A stretch of DNA of 64,000 bases, taken from a bacterium. Its GTDB lineage: Bacteria; RBG-13-61-14; DATKZS01. Under the pieces are notes generated by a model, which ran no database searches, was not told where the DNA came from, and saw only the letters and a program-made list of their open reading frames with translations. Of this stretch, positions 58,866 through 64,000 are shown one piece after another. Position 1 is the stretch's first letter; every line of letters starts with the position of its first letter. Both the position numbers and the translations under genes were made by a program. The stretch is taken from the NCBI GenBank assembly GCA_963674965.2, contig CAXXFL010000007.1, positions 256,001 through 320,000 of the forward strand. Direction: 5' to 3'.

Positions 58866-60038
58866 CTACTCTTCGCCCTGATATGTTCCGTATTTGTCCC
58901 ATAGCCTTTCCTCGAGCTTTACGGCCTTTCTTCCCACCCCTATGACCCAGGTCTCGGCGTAGGGCCAGGCGACCAGCCCTCCCTTTGGACTGGAGAGCTT
59001 CGAGACCATCTCCCGGATGTAGTCCTCGATTAATGCAGGATCGTTCGTCGGGTAGACCTCCTGGATGTCCACCGAGCAAAAAAGGCATATCCTGCCAGCC
59101 GCGTTCTCCGAAAGCCAGTCCAGCCCGTTCATGTTGGGGCTGTCCAGTTGCAGGAAATCCAGACCCGCCTCGATCATATGTCCCACAAGCTCTCGGTAGG
59201 CCCCGCAAGAGTGCATGCCAAGATGCATGCCCAACTGGTGGCAGCGGCCGGCCAATCTTTTATAACGCGGCTTGAAGAATTCCTCGAAGTGGCGCGGAGA
59301 AATAAAGGACCGGTCCTGGGTCCCCCAGTCGTCCACCAGCATGAAACCATGGGCCCCGGCTTTCTTGAAGTTCCCGATTATGTCCAGGGTCATGTCGGTT
59401 ATCATGTCCAACAGGCGGTGGACCTCGTCCGGATGCTGGACAAGGTCCATCATGGCGTTCTCGAAACCGCGCAAAAAGCGGAACCTCTCCCATATGCTGT
59501 TCACGTCCACGCCCAGCCGGTAGCGGCCCCCTCCCACCAGTCTGCTCAAGGCGGCGGGGCCCTTGAAGCGGTCCCAGTCCTTCATGTCGGGAAGCTTGTA
59601 GTCCTCGAGAAGTTCCCATCCGTCCTGGAGAGGGCCTTTCAAGGTTTCGCCCAGCGACGTCCGGCCGCTGGCCTTCCAGACCGTGCCGAACTCGTCGATG
59701 GCGATCCTGTCCTCTTTAAGCCATTTCGAGTCCTTTCGCTTTTTCCATCTCCAGGCCCGGGACTGCACCGCGCCGGGATGCACGTAAGGATAGTATCCGT
59801 CCGGAGGCTGCCACGACATGGGAGGGACGTGGAAGAGGAACCAGAAGTCCCTCTTCTGGCGCGGAACCCGGTCCGGTCCCTCGAACTCGACGGCGCGCCT
59901 GACCCTCTCCCGACCGGTCATTCCCCCGGGAGGAAAAACCCGCTCGGAAAGCGCCCGAGTAAAAACCTTTACCGGCTCCAGCCTGGTCAGCTCGAGGTCC
60001 AGTCGGGAAGCGCCGAAGGGCCGGGGTCTCGGCGTCAT
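58866..60038 (-). CDS. Uroporphyrinogen decarboxylase / MtaA-CmuA superfamily protein
   Basis: RERV..A..F..PDRVP, DEFGTVW, LRGFENAMMDL, DDWGTQ, HSCG; start reassigned to 60038, overlapping the sulfatase stop. Confidence 0.85.
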   Translation of the reverse strand: MTPRPRPFGASRLDLELTRLEPVKVFTRALSERVFPPGGMTGRERVRRAVEFEGPDRVPRQKRDFWFLFHVPPMSWQPPDGYYPYVHPGAVQSRAWRWKKRKDSKWLKEDRIAIDEFGTVWKASGRTSLGETLKGPLQDGWELLEDYKLPDMKDWDRFKGPAALSRLVGGGRYRLGVDVNSIWERFRFLRGFENAMMDLVQHPDEVHRLLDMITDMTLDIIGNFKKAGAHGFMLVDDWGTQDRSFISPRHFEEFFKPRYKRLAGRCHQLGMHLGMHSCGAYRELVGHMIEAGLDFLQLDSPNMNGLDWLSENAAGRICLFCSVDIQEVYPTNDPALIEDYIREMVSKLSSPKGGLVAWPYAETWVIGVGRKAVKLEERLWDKYGTYQGEE

Positions 60039-61411
60039 GACAGTTCTTCCTCCAGCCTCTTCAGCTCCTTTTCCAGCTCGGTCCTTTTCTTGGCGAAGGC
60101 GGGGACCTCGAATAGATTGTTTTTCTCGGAAGGATCGGACGCCAGGTCGTACATCTCCGGGGACGGGGTCCTTTTTCCTTTCCCGTAATAGTTGATGAGC
60201 TTCCAGTCCCTGGTCCGGACGGCCTTTATGCCCGGATGAGGGAAACCGGGGTCGATGAAATACTCGTAAAAAAAGGAATCGCGCCACGCCGCGTCCTCGT
60301 CCGTTAGCAGCGGCATAACGCTTTTTCCCTGCATGTCGGCGGGCGTCGCCAATCCCGCGGCCGAGAGCAAGGTGGGCGCCAGATCGACGTTCAGCGCGAG
60401 TTCGTCAACCTTGACTCCTCCCTCCTTAATAACGGCGGGCCATCTCATGAGATGGGGAATCCTCATGCTCTCCTCATAGGCGTAGCGCTTGTCGTTGAGT
60501 CCATGCTCGCCCCAAAAGTATCCGTTGTCCCCGGCGTAAACGACTATCGTGTCCTCGGCCAGGCCGTTTCGGTCCAGCCGCTCGAGCACGCGGCCTACCC
60601 CGTCGTCAACCCCCATTAAGGCCTCGTAGTATCCCTGCGCGTTCTTATCGAAGTTGATTAGCTGTTGTCCGTTGATAATGCCGAGGGGAAGTTCCTTGTC
60701 CTTCTCTTGCACCTTCGGGAGAGGAGCGTCCTTTAACGCGCCTTTATAACGCTCGGGCGGCTCGAAAAAGGCATGCACGGCCTTGTGGGACAAATACAGA
60801 CAAAAGGGACGGTCTTTGGCCTCGTCGATATAATCCAGCGCGTAGTCGGTAAGAACGTCGGTGATGTATCCCTTGGTCTTGGTCTTTTTGCCGTCCACGA
60901 CCATGGGGCAGTCGTTATACACGCCCTGCCCTCCCGCGAAGGTAAATGATATCATGCGGTCCGCTTTTCCCTGGCCGACAAGATCGGGAAGCCCTTTCCC
61001 CGGCATGTGCCATTTCCCGATAAAGCCCGTGTAATAGCCCGCCCGCTTCATTATCTCGAGGAATGTCACGCTCGATTCGCGCCAGGGCGTGGCGTTGTTC
61101 ATGACCCCGTGGCGCCTGGCGTACTGTCCGGTCAAAAAGGACGCCCGGGCCGGGCTGCAAAGCGAGGTAGTAACGAAGGAGTTGGTAAAATGGACGCCCT
61201 CCCGGGCCAGCCGGTCCATGTGGGGGGTCTTCAGCCAGGGCTTGTCCATGAAGCCGAAGGCGTCGTATCGATGGTCATCGGTAAGGATGAAGATCACGTT
61301 CGGACCGCGCCCGGACTTGGCGAGTCCCTTCCCTGAAAGAAAGGCCCCCGCGGCCGCGCCGGCGGCCATGGTCTTCATCGCCTCTCTTCTGTCTTTGACT
61401 TTACTTCCCAT
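60035..61411 (-). CDS. Formylglycine-dependent sulfatase with Tat-like signal
   Basis: PNVIFILTDD, CSPARASFLTG, GKWH, HKAVH, DNG...GEHGL.DKR; DRREAMK signal; start reassigned to 61411. Confidence 0.93.
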   Translation of the reverse strand: MGSKVKDRREAMKTMAAGAAAGAFLSGKGLAKSGRGPNVIFILTDDHRYDAFGFMDKPWLKTPHMDRLAREGVHFTNSFVTTSLCSPARASFLTGQYARRHGVMNNATPWRESSVTFLEIMKRAGYYTGFIGKWHMPGKGLPDLVGQGKADRMISFTFAGGQGVYNDCPMVVDGKKTKTKGYITDVLTDYALDYIDEAKDRPFCLYLSHKAVHAFFEPPERYKGALKDAPLPKVQEKDKELPLGIINGQQLINFDKNAQGYYEALMGVDDGVGRVLERLDRNGLAEDTIVVYAGDNGYFWGEHGLNDKRYAYEESMRIPHLMRWPAVIKEGGVKVDELALNVDLAPTLLSAAGLATPADMQGKSVMPLLTDEDAAWRDSFFYEYFIDPGFPHPGIKAVRTRDWKLINYYGKGKRTPSPEMYDLASDPSEKNNLFEVPAFAKKRTELEKELKRLEEELS

Positions 61412-61579
61412 ATCGGCCTCCCAGCATACAAATACCATATCCGGCGCCGGTGGCGCCACAAGCGCCGATAATGGATTTCCGCGAGTGGCCCAAGCGACGC
61501 TCGAATCAAGACGACTTCACGAGCCAAATAAATAGCGCGAGCGAAGAGGCCCGCGCTATTGGAAACATATATAAGGCCG

Positions 61580-62782
61580 CTAGAAATTTTCCTCCAGGGT
61601 CTTCCTGGCCAGTTCCTGGGCCTTCCGGTTTTCCGGCTCCATGTTCTTAAGAGCGGCGGGATCGGCGTTCACGGCGGTCTCCAGGTACGTCCTGGCTTTT
61701 TCCTTCTCTCCCATGGACAGGTACATCTCGCCCAGGGCGTAATGATTTCTCACGTAGCGAGGCTCGAAGTTGACGGCGAAGTTGGTGTTCCTCACGATCA
61801 ACTCCTCGGGAAAGCCCACCACCGAGAGGGCCTTGCTCATGATCTTGCCCGCCCTCGAGATGGCGAGAGCGAAGTACTGGCTTACGCCCCCGTAGAAATA
61901 AATCGGGTCCTCCTCCATGACCAGCATGAGCTTTTTCGTGATGTCCATGGCGTGGCGGGCCATGGAGAGGGTCGAGGTGTGGCTCGAGTACTGGCCCAGG
62001 CTGGCGGCCGTGAGGTAGTTGGCCGCCGGGTTCCTCGGCTCCAGCTCGATGGCCTTCTCGCCCCATTCGGCGGCCACCAAAAGCCACTCGGTCCTTTTCT
62101 CCTCCACCGGCTCGACGTAGAACATCCAGTAATTTACGCGCATGAGCCAGAGCTTGGGCTCGATCCTATTGGGGTACTTCTTCTCGAGGGCCTCGAAGCC
62201 CGCGATGGCCGCCTTGGACTCCCCAAGGTCCGCGCGAGCGTCCCAATGCCTTATGGCCTCGGCCCAGGCGGGATCGTCGTCCGGCACGACCAACTCGCGC
62301 AGATGGTCGTAGCGCTTTCCCATTTCCCTTATCTCCTTGAACTCCTCCTCCGTGAAGTCACGCACGAAAAGCGTGCCCGTGTTCCTCCAGAACCTGGCGC
62401 AGTCGTTCGCGGGGTCCAACTCCAGGGCCTTGCCGGCGGCCTCCGTCACCAGCTTCATGGTTTCCACCTGTTTCTCGCCGCGCTGCCTCATGCCGATGAT
62501 ATAAAGCGCCCGGGCGCGCCAGACGTGAGACATGGGCTTGTCAGCCTGGTCCCTGGCCAGTTCCTCGAATATGGCCAGGGCCTTCTCGACCTCTTCCGTG
62601 TCTTCGCGCTTGTCCCAGTGGGAGAAGGCCTGGGCCCATCGGGGGTCGTCGTCGGGCCTTGGCATGTTGACGAAGGGGCTGGTAACGGTGATGGTTTGGG
62701 GGTAGGCCGCCCCGGCCTTGGCGCCGAACACAAGGCACGCCGTAATGATAAGGATTGCGACGGTGGCTTTTTTGATTTTCAT
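61580..62782 (-). CDS. Exported TPR-like protein with internal duplication
   Basis: RBS GAGGAGG; signal peptide; two PDDDPxWAxAxxHWDxR units each followed by KA(L/I)EL(D/E)P; C-terminal TPR. Confidence 0.7.
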   Translation of the reverse strand: MKIKKATVAILIITACLVFGAKAGAAYPQTITVTSPFVNMPRPDDDPRWAQAFSHWDKREDTEEVEKALAIFEELARDQADKPMSHVWRARALYIIGMRQRGEKQVETMKLVTEAAGKALELDPANDCARFWRNTGTLFVRDFTEEEFKEIREMGKRYDHLRELVVPDDDPAWAEAIRHWDARADLGESKAAIAGFEALEKKYPNRIEPKLWLMRVNYWMFYVEPVEEKRTEWLLVAAEWGEKAIELEPRNPAANYLTAASLGQYSSHTSTLSMARHAMDITKKLMLVMEEDPIYFYGGVSQYFALAISRAGKIMSKALSVVGFPEELIVRNTNFAVNFEPRYVRNHYALGEMYLSMGEKEKARTYLETAVNADPAALKNMEPENRKAQELARKTLEENF

Positions 62783-62946
62783 ATTTTCCTCCTCTCGTTT
62801 CGGTGTCGTGAAAATTTAACATATGTATAATTTCTTGTCCACCGTTATTTTGTCTTCCTTATATTTTTATCGCTTGTTAAACGGCGCGCCCTACATTATA
62901 ATCGCGCCCAAACTCGAAACGCACCGCGCGGATGATGGAGATAAAA

Positions 62947-64000
62947 ATGATCACGCTCAAAATCGCCTGGCGAAACGTCACGCGACAAAAAATAAGGACC
63001 GCCCTCACCGTCTCGGCCATCACCCTTTGCACCTTCTCAGTCCTTGCCATGATGGCCTTCGCCCATGGAGGCCATCAGCAGATGATAGTCTCAACCGTTT
63101 CGATCATGACCGGACATTTCCAGGTACAGTCCGAGGGATACCTTGACGACCCGGCTCTTGACAAGGCTTTCGAGCCTCCCAATGGGTTGATAAAAGCACT
63201 GGACGCCTCGGAACAAGTCCAGGGGGTGGCGCCCAGAATTATAAGTGGAGGCTTGATAACGGCGGGTGATAAAACCGCGGGGGCCATGATCGTCGGGGTG
63301 GACCCCGAGCGCGAAATCCAAGCCACTCGTCTTATTGACAGGGTACAAAAGGGCAGGACGTTGAGTCCGGGAGACGATAAATCGGTCGTTCTCGGCAAGA
63401 CCCTGGCCAAAAACCTCGACGTTCAAGTGGGTGATGAAGTCCAGATAATGAGCCAGACCTATTATGGAAGTCTGGGCCTCCGTTTCTACGAGGTCGCGGG
63501 GCTTATATATACCGGCACGCCCGAGTTCGATCAAAACATCGTCGTTATGCCCCTTGCCGAGTTACAGAACTTTCTCGAAATGGACGGGCTCTATTCCGAG
63601 ATATCAGTGGTCCTCCACTCCGAATCGGATAAAAAGGAAGTGATGCAAGTAGCGAAAAGTTACCTCGACCCGAAGGGTTCGCTAATTATCGTGCCATGGG
63701 AGGAACTGCTTGCGGAACTGGTGGACTTCCTGTTCCTGGATAACGCGTTCGGAGTGCTTAATCTTTCCATATTGGTCGTGGTGGTGGCATTTATTGTTCT
63801 TTTAACCATCACCATGTCCGTCATGGAGAGGACCCGGGAGTTCGGAGTCCAGATAGCGATCGGCTCCAGGCCGGGGAGGGTGTTGATAACAATTATTATC
63901 GAATGTTTCTTTATCGGCCTCATTGGCACGGCTCTTGGGATGATCCTGGGGACGGCGTTTACTTATTATTATTCGATTCATCCTTACGTAATGGAGCAGT
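62947..64000 (+). CDS. ABC transporter permease, LolE/FtsX/MacB-like (partial, runs off the window)
   Basis: Not in the ORF track; own translation gives MITLKIAWRNVTRQKIRTALT..., GVDPERE, LGKTLAKNL.V..GD, MSVMERTREFGVQIAIG. Confidence 0.88.
   Translation, partial: MITLKIAWRNVTRQKIRTALTVSAITLCTFSVLAMMAFAHGGHQQMIVSTVSIMTGHFQVQSEGYLDDPALDKAFEPPNGLIKALDASEQVQGVAPRIISGGLITAGDKTAGAMIVGVDPEREIQATRLIDRVQKGRTLSPGDDKSVVLGKTLAKNLDVQVGDEVQIMSQTYYGSLGLRFYEVAGLIYTGTPEFDQNIVVMPLAELQNFLEMDGLYSEISVVLHSESDKKEVMQVAKSYLDPKGSLIIVPWEELLAELVDFLFLDNAFGVLNLSILVVVVAFIVLLTITMSVMERTREFGVQIAIGSRPGRVLITIIIECFFIGLIGTALGMILGTAFTYYYSIHPYVMEQ

Overview
This is a GC-rich bacterial chromosomal window. Its gene content resembles Deltaproteobacteria/Desulfobacterota, but taxonomy is an inference only. 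Housekeeping genes include secG followed by tRNA-Leu(GAG), trpG/pabA, hrcA-grpE-dnaK-dnaJ, ruvX-mltG and aroC. An acyl-CoA metabolism patch (22-31.6 kb) holds two crotonases, an ADP-forming acyl-CoA ligase alpha subunit, a stand-alone B12-binding mutase subunit and a thiolase-like protein lacking the catalytic Cys paired with a DUF35 protein. There are three GT-C (PMT-like) glycosyltransferases, a Tat-partner plus GMC oxidoreductase pair and a VKOR-DsbA fusion. A minus-strand run at 53.5-62.8 kb carries TPR, Tat-sulfatase, UroD/MtaA-family and M14 peptidase genes. The most striking block is a tightly packed 11-gene, ~20 kb minus-strand operon (31.6-51.5 kb): coiled-coil/Zn-ribbon membrane protein, NHL protein, double-vWA protein, MoxR AAA+, DUF58, BatA-vWA, a large membrane protein, an ABC ATPase and three paralogous internally duplicated ABC-2 permeases. 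The first permease is split at its inter-domain linker by a 1764-bp IS5/ISNCY-like element with 17-bp IRs and a 6-bp TAACTA target duplication. I saw no CRISPR array, rRNA or prophage. All calls come from motif recognition by eye; no database searches were run.
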